DNA of 64,000 bases, from NCBI GenBank assembly GCA_002633005.1, contig NMRA01000221.1, positions 312,290-376,289 of the forward strand. Reading direction: 5' to 3'. Position numbers and translations under genes: made by a program. Below the pieces are notes generated by a model. The model did not search any database, was not told the DNA's origin, and worked only from the letters and a program-made list of their open reading frames with translations. Positions 13,458-25,274 of this stretch are shown piece after piece. Position 1 is the first letter of the stretch. Every line of letters starts with the position of its first letter. This DNA is from Phoronis australis (Eukaryota; Animalia; Phoronida).

Positions 13458-13556
13458 CCTGGACACGCCAGTTGGATGCGTTAATTTATGATCAACTACG
13501 TTTTCCTTTCTCGATCGCATGGACAGCTGACTTTCTCCTTCGTTTTCGTCCGCCAT
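13458..13556 (-). CDS. First coding exon of the - strand gene (MADENEGESQLSMRSRKENVVDHKLTHPTGVSR)
   Basis: caATGGCGG start context, 33 open codons, consensus donor AGG|GTGAGT, local CpG enrichment. Confidence 0.6.
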
Positions 13557-14216
13557 TGTTTCTTCAGCATAACAAGGAAGGGAGACAACTCACTAACATG
13601 GGCGACACCTTTGATCTATAATCAAAACTAATCTGTGCTCAAACATTGAATCTTCAATTTTGTTTCTTGTGGAGATTGTATGAATTCGCTGCCATTGCTT
13701 GAAGCTTGCTGTTGATTCCATTTTTTGTAAATTTACTATTTCCGTTTAACGCATTCCAAAATAAAAAACTGTAATTGACGAGGCAAATGTCTGTCGCAAC
13801 ACTCAGACGTTCGGATGTCGGTAACTATAGACAGTATCGTTATCAGCTCATGGAACATGGAATTACATGTCACTGGGAAAGCACAAAAATCTACAGAAAT
13901 TAGTAAACTTTGTCACCTAGCAGAACGTTCTGATGTGTGGAGGGACAAAGCTTCAAAAAGGGGTGACCCTGCCAAAAGGATGGCAAATAATGGGGTTAAC
14001 TGGTTTCAATCAAAGGCTGGATGTTACAGCACACAAAATCGAAATATACGTAAACCCATGACTTCATTGGTAGGTCATCAACATTGTCTGAACAAATCTA
14101 CTGTTTCTCACAAAAGCAAACTGCAATTTCAATTGCCAGTCAGTGTTGAAAACATTTTCCATTGTCCTTTAATTTAATTAATAACAAATGAATGCAAATA
14201 CCAAAATTTGAAGTAT

Positions 14217-14222
14217 TTTATT
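14217..14222 (-). terminator. Probable polyadenylation signal of SMKR1 (3' UTR about 1.4 kb)
   Basis: AATAAA on the - strand followed by a GT/T-rich tract. Confidence 0.45.
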
Positions 14223-15587
14223 TCATCAAGTTCACTAGTAAAACACACAGCCGTTGCAAAACTGCAACACAAGTCATAACCACAGGATTGAAAAAAGAAA
14301 GTTGTAAATTCATAGCAAATGTTACATGAAAAAATTAACTTCTAAATATCAGCAGACAATACCACTTGGTAATAATATTGTTTCGAATATAGTATAGAAA
14401 ATTAAGCTGCACTAAAATTCACCACTGTAACCACATTGGGGTGGTGAGCTTGTAGAATCATAGGTATTCAGTTGTATTATTATACAAAGAGGAAGATCAA
14501 AGCAGTTGCTCAAAACAGATTGAGCTGGAAGAAATATTACAGATTGTACGATATCCAAACAACGAGTACAAAATGTATATTAGATCTTTCAAAACCCTTA
14601 TTTTGACACAGAAACCATTTTGAAGTTTTTATATGATCCGCCAGCCATGGTGATTTTACCTGATTAGACTAAGGACCGAGTGATATTCATTCTATGGTAA
14701 CACGTGAGGATGCAAGTTACATTTACGGGCAAAAATTCATGTTCCTTTTGTCTTGACATAATAGTACTGTAGATCTGTGTGGATTTGACATGGTATACTT
14801 ATCAAAATAAATCAGTCTATAAATTTCTATCCATATAAGAACAATGAGGGTAATTTGCATATCTAGTGTTCCTAAAAACTTTAGACTACCAATATGTAGC
14901 ATTAGCGCTGATACATTCTCTCTGTACCAAAATTTTCGTTCTCATGTTGCTTCGTACACAATCCTTAGCTATGATGGAGTAAATACCAGCTAAAAACATC
15001 CGACCAGAAGTTCTACTCAAGCCAGTCCTGGGCAAAAAAGTCACAATAAAATCTTAAAATACATGTAATTCTATCTATAAAACAACACTACAACAGACTA
15101 AGTTATATAATAACATTAAAACACAAAAATGTTTTTAAGAGCAAAACTAAACATTAGTGATATTTGAATGAGTACAATTATTTCTCAATATTTAAAACTA
15201 AGATTGGCAGGTATGAGTACTTGTAGTATTTAGCAACTGATTCAGCAGTTATATACAATATCATTTCAGCACCAATCAAATACAATCTTATGAAATTTAA
15301 AAAGCCACCCAATAAAATATTGCTTCAAATTATATTGCAACAAGTGCGACAACAGAGTGCAAGAAGCCATCTCTAAAAAATCACAAAATCTTTGGTTTCA
15401 GTTTACTTAATTTAAAACTTTATACAAGTCTAATATAAATTTAACAGTCAAAATTCCTTTTTTTCTTAAATTTAACAATTACCTAAACATTAGCAGTTCT
15501 GAAAATTTACCAATTTCATGAGAATCGAAGACAGCTACAACTTTGAACATGATTCTAAGTGACTAACTTCTCTTAATAGCCAGATCA

Positions 15588-16429
15588 TTATTTCTTCTTC
15601 TTTCCTTTTTTTCCTTTTTTCTTTTTTCCGCCTGCGCTTCCAGTCCATCCAAATCCTCTCATTTCTAAGGCGTCAACAGGTCCGTGGGCTATGTAATGTA
15701 AGTTTGTCATTGCAGCTGGGCTAAGTATATCTACTTGAGTTTTAATTTTAGCAGAACCAGTCTTTTTTCCACTTTTCTTTTTACCCTTTCCTTTTCCAGG
15801 ACTTTTACTGCGACTTTGTCCACGCAGTTTGGGACTCTTGGTTGGCAATCTCTTTCCCCCTGGCTGAAAGAATACAAAATTAAAAATCAATGTTTACTAT
15901 GCACAATTAATTTCTTTTTAGTTGGTAAAGAATAATATGCGACAAAATCTGTAGGGGGAACAGACTACCTATCTTCAGGAATTTTATAGTTAGAACTAAA
16001 GGAACAGCAAGGGGTGACTGTGTCAATTCTAAAGTTAAACTATGCAACGTTCGGAAATAGAGATTCTGTGTAAATTTGAAGACGAAAAATTGTACATTCA
16101 AGAAGATACGAGGGCCACACAGAGGCTCCATAAATTTTTCCTTAAAAATTTAATCATACACCACAGTAAAATCTCAGCAATTTCGGACACAGATAATTGC
16201 CAAAATAACATCTTTTTCAATTTTAAAGGGCTTCTAAAAACTGCTGTGAATGCCAGGAATTGATCAGTTAATATCTATTGTGCTGAACTTGAATATGACT
16301 AAGAATTACTTTGGTACTCCATGACCATGTATATCAGTTTGTGGAAAAAATGCGAAAATTTCAAATGTTCACCCTATCGTGTGATTTTACCATAAGAATA
16401 TTCACGTTTCAGGAACTTGAGCTTACCAT
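15588..16429 (-). CDS. SMKR1: Small lysine-rich protein 1 homolog, 92 aa; join(16429-16427,15863-15588)
   Basis: ATG|GTAAGC start, then tttcag|CCA acceptor. [30 protein letters not shown] matches the SMKR1 core ([30 protein letters not shown]), flanked by Lys-rich tails. Confidence 0.9.
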
Positions 16430-17221
16430 TGTAGAATTTGGAAAAGAGTTGGCTTCTTCTAATGACAATACCATGTAATTTCTTTCAAACCTGTGAAAAA
16501 GCAAAATGACTAAATGGTTAATTTTTAACAATGCACTGATTTTAAACATAACGAGACTTAGTATAAAAGCAGCCAGAACCAATCCCAATGACATGATAAC
16601 TTATTAGACTTTTAAGCTGTCATGTACAATTTTCAGTTTAAAAATGTAGTACAAGTAGCCAGGCAAACAGTGAGGGAAATGTGTTGCCAGTTATGCTGGC
16701 TCAGTGGTCAGGAAACAAAAAACAATCCTCAGTGAACAGTTACATGAGTTAAATTTCTCATTGATTGAATTTCGATTCGATAACACCAGTCATCGCTTGT
16801 TCACATTACAGGCATATCCCGGCAGTAATATTTAAAACATATTAAAGAAAATCAGAGCTTACTTAGGATTGCCATTTTTCAGTGGAGGTGCATAAATCAA
16901 ATCAGGCTACTGAGTTTATGCTCAACTAACCGCTGTTAAATTGACCAATTACTTGAATAAATTACTTGATAGCCATTGAATACCAATAAATCAATAAATC
17001 ACCGTTATCAAACATTGCAAACTAAAAAAGGGTGTCTGTCATTTGTGAAACTGAAACTGCTGTGCGTTGACAAGCCACTGCTAAATGGGAATATAGATTA
17101 GAAATACCTTCATCAGTTTTTGCATCCAAAATCAGAGCGTACGTGACTCTTATGTCGGTCATGTATCTATTCTACGGTAGCAAGCTGGAGCACCTGTTAT
17201 CAGAAACACAATAGTAAGGTA

Positions 17222-17242
17222 TGTAAACGTCGTCCTGGCAAC
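17222..17242. promoter_or_regulatory. Adjacent forkhead-like site (TGTAAAC) and RFX X-box-like site (GTCGTCCTGGCAAC) upstream of SMKR1
   Basis: Motif match with an intact GGCAAC half-site, in the CpG-containing region upstream of SMKR1's likely non-coding exons. Confidence 0.5.
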
Positions 17243-17668
17243 AACGGTCCGTTATTTACCGGATATTTCCGTTATCTTCCGGGCCCTGAAGATACATATT
17301 TAAAGCTAAAAATATACAATTATTATGGAAAATCAAAAAATCCTGTGTCAAGCAATACAAAATGAGGCGTATTAAATAGAAAATTTAAATTAGGTTTCCG
17401 AAAAAACGCGGTGCCGGAAATGACTTTTTTGCCGTTTGGTGGCGCTCAATGCAGTATTGACATTTTCCTCGACTCCCTGAGCAAGTTCATCCACAACTTT
17501 CTTGTACGTTCGGTTTGTGGATTAAAACCACGTTAGTTTTGTCTGTATGTGCACCAAAAGTTGTACATTACAGCCTATGCTGTTGATAAAGATAGAATGT
17601 AGGTATCGCTGCGTCCCAGAACTCCAAGACTAGTCACCAAGGTAAGGTTTTGTCGTAATAGCCGAGAT

Positions 17669-17740
17669 TGCCCGACCTCGGGAATCGAACCAGCGACCCC
17701 GATTTAACCGGCGAGCGTGCTAACCATTCAGCTAATAGGC
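17669..17740 (-). mobile_element. tRNA-derived SINE head or tRNA pseudogene
   Basis: A box TAGCTGAATGG and B box GGTTCGATTCC at tRNA-like spacing; acceptor and anticodon stems do not pair properly. Confidence 0.65.
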
Positions 17741-18032
17741 AATTGCCCGTTAGCGAGTGGCTAACAGAGGCTCATATGTGATTCACCGGAAGCACTTTCA
17801 CAACAGTTTGTTTTGACTGAGCTCGATTAAATAAAATGACGCGGATTGACGCCTGTTGTCAGTGCCAGTGGATTCAGAATTGTTGACCTTTTGACGCAAA
17901 TCATTGTCATTGATACTGATAGTTGGCCCAGCAAGGTTGCCCTGTAGCGCTAACATGCCAACTGATAGCTATTGTCAGGAGCTGACGTACAATCCGATAA
18001 ATCATCTCTCCACTCCGCTTGCCCAGCAAATT

Positions 18033-18150
18033 GACTGGTCAGATATAGCGGTCCCTGATTTAGAGAACCAGTTCATCCACTAAATAATGGGCCCGTTATT
18101 CAGTGATTGCCTGGTTCTCTAAATCAAGGACCGCTATATCCGACCAGTCC
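18033..18150. mobile_element. Fold-back MITE (possibly Merlin-like); related copies at ~47188-47317 and ~48619-48748
   Basis: gactggtcagatatagcggtccctgatttagagaacca is inverted-complementary to tggttctctaaatcaaggaccgctatatccgaccagtc; core cgttattcagtgatt...gttctctaaatca.ggaccgct is shared with the 47-48 kb copies. Confidence 0.75.
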
Positions 18151-18466
18151 CCAAATTGCCTCTTATTTATACACATAGTGTACCTAATTATTGGATGGAC
18201 CCTAAATATCAGACATTACATAAAATCTTACTTGAAGCATTATCTGAGAAAAATATGACACAAATTTTTGTTCCGCTGTAAGGCATTAAATGTCCAGCAC
18301 TGTCTCGTTTTTTTTCTAGTGTTGCCTCATTTGGATTTTACCGAGAGAGTGCAATTTAGACCCCCAAGTCAGCCTAAAATGGACGATCGCATAAATCGGT
18401 TATAAAAGTTGAAAACAAAATATTTTTCTTCAATGAAATCATCTAATTGAACTAACAATATGTCAC

Positions 18467-21247
18467 TTTCATTTTTTCATTTGTTTTCAAACTCAAGTCA
18501 AACCCCAGCCGCGCACGTGCAAAGAGATACTAAAAACTTCAATGAGTTTGCACGCGCTTTAGTCGTCTGCACTGATTCATCAAAACGACTTGATGCTGTC
18601 ATCAGACTTCATGTTGTGGATAAATTTTGTTGCGAATGGAGCTGTGTTTTAGCAGCATATGTCAAAACACTCGAGCTGAAATTTGGCTACAAGGTGCCCG
18701 CGGCCATTACTTGGTTAGTCAGTTTTCCGCAGTGTGGCGTATGGGGAAACATGGTGTCCGATATTTAGGTTCTCCGAAGGTTTGCTGGTTGTGTTTTTTA
18801 AAGATCAGTCGGAACATAAATGTGGCTTTCGATGACAAGATATAGTAACACAACAATTCTATAAAGGTAAGCCTTTATTTCAGCAAAGAATTGACAACAA
18901 TCCGTAGTATTTTCAATTAAATTTAATGCAAAATGTGCCAAAACGTCCGATAATTAGGTCAATTGACTGTAAGCCGTCTGGTTTGGCCCCTTGACTCTCA
19001 CGCTGGGAACCCCAATTCAAGTCTCGGTGATGAGGGATTTTTAAGGCTCTCATTATCAAAAATGGCACTGCTTTTAACTCTTAACAGCGTTTTCTTCTCA
19101 CAGTTATATTTCTTTTCCTAAGTGCACTGCAAGAGTTTTTGACCAAAAGCACACATTGCCCGTATTTGATATCATGCATTTTGATTTGTGCTTAATATAA
19201 AAAATCTAGTCCATTTGTATATAATTTTGCAACTGTGGTTCAAAGTAGTCGAGAGTTGTGTAGTAATCGGAATAACATTCCGTGTCGCGGCATAAGAAAT
19301 TTGACTAATAAATACAATTACTGTACTCAGAATAACATTATTATTTTATGTTGTAGATCAAGTGTTGATGACATCACAGTGACCATGAATGTACCTGAGT
19401 CTGTATTTAGAATAAGAGAAGAAGACACGTGCTCCACGATAATCCACTGCTTACTACAGCAGCGATCCATGCACAACTTCTGTGACATTACGCTTGAAAT
19501 TTGCGGCCATATTTACTACGCTCATCGCAATGTGCTGGCCTCTCGTTCACCTTATTTTCAGGACAGGCTGAAAGCACAGGCGTTGGGTAAGGGCTTTGAA
19601 ACTAAATGGGGCTAGGACATGGGCTTTGTAAATGATATAGTTGATACCCCTCTTTTATTATTTGTAGCAAATAAACCAGACCTGCAAGAGCAAAATTTAT
19701 GACAATAAGTTTTTCACTTGTGATTCTCAACCATTGTGGATTTTTTAAAGTATTTGATAATACTTATTGTTAATTCTTTATGGTATGTAAGATGTGCAAA
19801 TTGTGGAATATATCTTTAATTCATTCATAAATTTGAATTTTTAANACTGTTTCATTTTTTCATTTGTTTTTAAACTCAAGTCAAACCCCGGCCGCGCACG
19901 TGCGTGTGTCATATCAAGAAGGCAAAGAGATACTAAAAACTGCAGTGAGTTTGCTCACACTTTATTCATCTGCACTGATTCATCGAAACGACTTGGTGCT
20001 GTCATCAGACTTCATGTTGTCGATAAATTTTGTTGCGAATGGAGCTGTGTTTTAGCAGCATATGTCAAAACACTCGAGCTGAAATTGGGCTACAAGGTGT
20101 CCGCGGCCATTACTTGGTTAGTCAGTTTTCCTCAGTGTGGCACATGGGGAAACATGGTGTCCGATATTTAGGTTCTCCGAAGGTTTGCTAGTTGTGTTTC
20201 TTAAAGATTAGTCAGAACATAAATGTGGCTTTCGGTGACAAGATATAGTAACACAACAATTCTATAAAGGTAAGCCTTTATTTCAGCAAAGAATTTACAA
20301 CAATCCGTAGTATTTTCAATTAAATTTAATGCAAAATGTGCCAAAACGTCTGATAATTAGGTCACTTGACTGTAAGCCGTCTGGTTTGGCCCCTTGACTC
20401 TCACGCTGGGAACCCCAATTCAAGTCTCGGTGATGAGGGATTTTTAAGGCTCTGATTGTCAAAAATGGCACTGCTTTTAACTCTTAACAGTGTTTTCTTC
20501 TCACACAGTTATATTTCTTTTCCTAAATGCACTGCAAGAGTTTTTGACCAAAAGCACACATTGCCTGTATTTGATGTCATGCATTTTGATTTGTGCTTAA
20601 GATGGAAAATCTAGTCCGTTTGTATAAATTTGCAACTGTGGTTCAAAGTAGTCGAGAGTTGTGTAGTAATTGGAATAACATTCCGTGTCGCGGCATAAGA
20701 AATTTGACTAATAAATACATTTGCTGTACTCAGAATAACATTATTATTTTATGTTGTAGATCAAGTGTTGATGACATCACAGTGACCATGAATGTACCTG
20801 AGTCTGTATTTAGAATAAGAGAAGAAGACACGTGCTCTACGATAATCCACTGCTTACTACAGCAGCGATCCATGCACAACTTCTGTGACATTACGCTTGA
20901 AATTTGCGGCCATATTTACTACGCTCATCGCAATGTGCTGGCCTCTCGTTCACCTTATTTTCAGGACAGGCTGAAAGCACAGGCGTTGGGTAAGGGCTTT
21001 GAAACTAAATGGGGCTAGGACATGGGCTTTGTAAATGATATAGTTGATACCCCTCTTTTATTATTTGTAGCAAATAAACCAGACCTGCAAGAGCAAAATT
21101 TATGACAATAAGTTTTTCACTTGTGATTCTCAACCATTGTGGATTTTTTAAAGTATTTGATAATACTTATTGTTAATTCTTTATGGTATGTAAGATGTGC
21201 AAATTGTGGAATATATCTTTAATTCATTCATAAATTTGAATTTTTAA
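18467..21247 (+). repeat. ~1.4-kb tandem duplication (18467-19844 / 19850-21247) joined by a single N at 19845; probable allelic assembly artefact
   Basis: Near-identical copies with scattered SNPs and indels, an identical last ~400 bp, and an N at the junction. Confidence 0.9.
19385..19587 (+). other. Redundant copy of the first coding (BTB) exon of the BTB-BACK-ZnF gene
   Basis: Encodes the same peptide as 20788-20989 and lies in copy A of the N-joined duplication. Confidence 0.75.
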
Positions 21248-24200
21248 CGTGTTTGCTAACTTCTAAGTTCTATCAATGTTTGTTTGGCACGTAGTTGAAT
21301 TCACTAAAGATTGTGTAATTATTTTATTTTGTATGGCCAAGAAACCTCTCTCAGATTTTTTTATTCATCCACAAGCGATTGAAATAAAAACTTGAGACAA
21401 AACTTTGGTGGGTGAACTGGTATCTTCATTGCTTGAGGGTATTGAATGAATATTTGAGACATATTTCACCACCGGCAAGTTTACCAAAAAAATGTTTTAC
21501 TTCAAACACAAATTCACTTTGTAGCTTAGAATTTTCAGAAATTTGTTTTCGAAACATAAACGACTCTTTCAAAAGATGGTCTTTAGTAATGGTATGTGAT
21601 ATTTTCACTCATCCAAAATTCAGAAAATTACTTTGGCAATAAACAGCTAATGTGTGACTACATTTACCTCAAGAACAATCTCATTTTTAATTATTCAAAT
21701 TTTTTAAAGTTTTACTGTCTTTGTATTATGTTGTATTGTATTGTGTTGTATCCTATTTTTGATTTTGTAGGAATGGAGGTGTTGACAGTATCGTGTAACA
21801 CCGACGTTGGATTTGAGGATTTTTTGACGTACCTGTACACTGGTCATATAGACCTCCACAACAGCAACATCACCTACCTGTTCAATCTTGCCTGTTATTT
21901 TCAAATGAAACAACTCATCTCCCATTGCCAAAACTTTCTTTCTCAATATTTGACTGTCAGAAACTGCTTTAAGATATTTGAAACTGCCAAAGATTACCTC
22001 ATAGACAATGTCTACTCTAGGTGTTTGGATTTTATCCGAGCGCACAAGTTGACTATTCTGGCTGGGGATGGATTAGTGGACATGTCCTTAACTCAGCTGG
22101 AGGATGTCTTTGGACACAACTTGCTGGAACTCATGGAGTCCGAGAAACTGGAACTCATTGTCAATTGGACTAGTCAAAATGAGGAGCGCAAGTTTCATTT
22201 TCTTCAACTATTGAGAAACGTGAAATTGTCGGGCGTGCGCAGCGTATGCGATATCATTGGGAGAGTTCAGTTGACGGATAGGTACTTGTTTGATGTACTA
22301 TCTCATCTTATTTCTCAGGGAGTAGAATTAGGAGAAATGGGACGTCGTTACAATGACTTGAGGAAAGTGTTCTCTAGTGACGAAACAATGCAAAATATTG
22401 ACCTTCTTGACTTAGCTATTTCCTCAACAATTCAATGTGTGTCTGGCAGAGAAGACACTGGCAATGATTACTCTAATAGATCTGATGCTCAGTTACATAG
22501 TTCGGACTTGTTGACCATGCAATCGGATGTTAATGCAAGTGATCCTAGCTTGTTGCCGAGCACTGGAGATGGTGATTCTCTGGTAATTAAAGACAAAACA
22601 AAAAAGTCGACTGGTCAGCCTGGAAAACTTCCCATAATTCCCAAGCGGTCTTCCAGACGACTAAACAAGAAACAGATACAAAATGGCTTGTTTAATACGG
22701 ATAACATAGAGAACAACCAAAGAAAAGGCGATAAAGCATCAAGGAAACCCAAATCTGACGAACAAGCGGAGGATAAAACAAAGGAGGATGCTTCCGGTGA
22801 ACATCTGCATATTGCTGAACTTGATGGCATTGGGGCTAAGCCAAGAAAAAGCTTGCAAACGGGTCGTGGTACCAAGTGCACGGAGTGCTCATTTGTCACA
22901 TCTTCCATGGTAGATTTATTTGAACACTTAGCGCTGGTCCACAACTCGACTGTTACACACAGTTGTGATGTTTGTAGTTATGAGACGGGTTCGTCGAGGT
23001 CATTCTACAAGCATATGAGGTCACACCTGAAGGGACCACCGTACGTATGTGAATTTTCCAGTTGCGGCTACACTGTATCTCATCTGCCACACATGCTGAA
23101 TCATCGCATGAAGCACACGGGTAAACGTCCCTACGCGTGTCCGTCGTGTGCGCTGAAGTTCAAGACACGCGCTAATCTCATTGCTCACCTTAAGCTGCAT
23201 TCAGGTATCAGTCGTGTTTTTTAAATTACTTGATAAAATAATTTTGCAAGGCCTGCGGCTATTTGTTAAATTATCAGAGTTTGAGTCCATTTTCGCAGGC
23301 AGCATTATAGTTGCATGAAATTTGCACACAATGTATGATTCGTCAATTTTTCGATGCCTGTTGATTTCAGTTTAACACAAAATGACTCCATGACAGCCAT
23401 TTTTATTTGATACCCTCACCACTTAGAGGGTTTTTGTAAGATGGGCTTCCTTTATATATTTATTGTGTAATAAGAAGAGTTAAGCCCATACAGCACTAGA
23501 ATGCATGATATCATGGATAAACAGTCTAATGATAGTGTTTGCATTTTAAACTTAAATTGAATTTCTTGAAATTAAAAATGCAAGTAGACTTTGAGAAACG
23601 TGTATCATAATGAAATGGCTTGAAATGTTTATACCATTACATACATACATACGCACATACATACGCACATACATACATACATACACACATATACATAAAT
23701 TCATACACAGTACATGTGCATTTTATTTTACGAATCATATTTGTTTGTTTTGTTTTCTATTGCATGTGTTCAACTTTTGGCAGGTGAGAAGCCATTCAAA
23801 TGCATCACATGCGACCGTTGTTTCGCCACTAAGAACACCCTAGATCAGCATCAAGCTACGCATAGCAGTGCCAGACCTTTCCTCTGCGACTCGTGTGGAT
23901 TCACTACAAAGTACCAGAATCACTTCATAGCTCACAAGAGGCTGCACACAGGTTTGTGTGTCATTTCTATTTAAATGAAAGAAGACCTGTGCGTCCTTTT
24001 GTCGCAAAAAAGAACTTTCATAAACACCTCTACATAAGTCCATGTAATAATGGTAAACACTGTTATCGATAAATAAGGGGTCTTTTAATGGAATAGGAAC
24101 TCTTTGAACTGGAATAATTTAATGGGGCAGTGTAAATAGTTCAATAAGATTGAAAAAGAATTAAAAACCGAGACATGTTCCTGGAAATGCTCAGGCAACA

Positions 24201-25274
24201 GTGTTCCGTCTGCTGAGGACATACGCTGTTCAGAACTTATGATTTTTTTTGATTTTCGTTGTTTTTGCGTTCACTTATATGTTTAATCACACCCATTTTC
24301 AGATGCTTTGGTAATTGGCCCAATTCGTGCATATACTTTAACCATTTGCAGCCCTGAGTATTTTTCTTGCACAGATATTTTTTACTGCTTGTATTGTGAA
24401 TAGGAAGACAGCTAATGGCTTGTTGTTCGCTCTATCTTCTGCAATGTTTCTAGGAAAAGTCTTCCGATGCGACTACCCTGAGTGTGCATACTTTACACCC
24501 AAGCGTAGTCTACTTACGGCACACATGCGTAAGCACACGGGCGTGCGGTCACACACCTGTGCCACGTGTGGTCGAGGCTTCATTGAGCGCAGCCATCTCG
24601 TGCGCCACGAGCGGATCCACATGCAAGAGAAGCCGTTCCAGTGCGACGAATGTGACTATAGCAGCACACGACGTGACAAGCTGAAGGAACACAAAAATAG
24701 GCATCACAGTGACGAGCCTACTGCCAAGAGACCGTGTAAGCAACGCCAGTCTCGCTCGACCAATGAGAAACGACCCTTGACAGAGAATGATCTTCTATTT
24801 GTCAGTAGCTCAGCAATAAAAGACCATCAACAGGGAACTGGTAGCTCTGGATTGATGTTGGGTAAATCCCATGCAAGTAATGCTCAGTCCATACTGAACT
24901 TTGAAGAGACTGGGCTGCAGGAAGTGGCATTGATGGCGGCGCCCCCTCCTGGCCAAGTGTTGGTGCCTAGTAGAAATGAGTTGTATCAGATGCACAGTGT
25001 AGTCTCGAATGCAGATAGGAGCAACCTATACACCCCTACTGCTCAAAAAGTGCACCCTGATAATCAGCTTCCAACCATTGCAAACCTGACTAATCTGCAA
25101 CCCCTGACAGTCCAACCCATTGCTTCCTCAGGGGGTGGTATGTTACAGACTCATAATGGCTGCATGAGCGAGACTCTAGTCAATACAACCCAGGTGAATT
25201 CTGTTGCACAACTTTACTCCTACGCAGATTACAGACCAGACATGTTCAGCAATTTGCAGCAATCCTATCACTAA
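20788..25274 (+). CDS. BTB/POZ-BACK protein with nine C2H2 zinc fingers, 874 aa; join(20788-20989,21771-23204,23784-23951,24454-25274)
   Basis: All introns are GT-AG and phase 1. BTB (FCDITLEI...[13 protein letters not shown]...FLTYLYTG), BACK ([10 protein letters not shown]...CLDFI...LELIVNW), nine CxxC..H..H fingers with TGKRPY/SGEKPF-type linkers. A 5' UTR exon probably ends at AAG|GTAAG near 20269. Confidence 0.92.
23639..23697. repeat. (ACAT)n/(ACGC) microsatellite
   Basis: acatacatacatacgcacatacatacgcacatacatacatacatac... Confidence 0.85.

Larger units (their letters stand above)
1..13556 (-). pseudogene. Multi-exon gene, tentatively a divergent DNHD1-like dynein heavy chain (N-terminal tail), with many in-frame stop codons; pseudogene or recoded gene; probably continues past the left edge
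   Basis: ATG in a CpG-rich first exon (13556-13458, AGG|GTGAGT). Splice-bounded blocks: 13158-11970, 11660-11227, 10247-10140, 10085-10038, 9844-9660, 9623-~9424, 4898-4771, 3912(or 4002)-3790, 2654-2601, 1347 onward. Colinear peptides resemble remembered human DNHD1 motifs (MEFLDEH~RELLVGH, FLY, PTFFAGFM~PHFGAGLL, SLLSLLKNQ~SLISVLEEQ, RQRSF~RQKPF). Identity is low, judged by eye, and the exon chain is not fully resolved. Confidence 0.45.

Noticed and set aside
17669-17740. Functional tRNA gene (also 41290-41365, 58557-58610, ~18975-19030)
   Set aside because: A/B boxes are present but cloverleaf stems do not pair; SINE-type remnants
19235-19615. Second independent BTB gene
   Set aside because: Lies within the N-joined duplication, encodes the same peptide and has no downstream exons of its own
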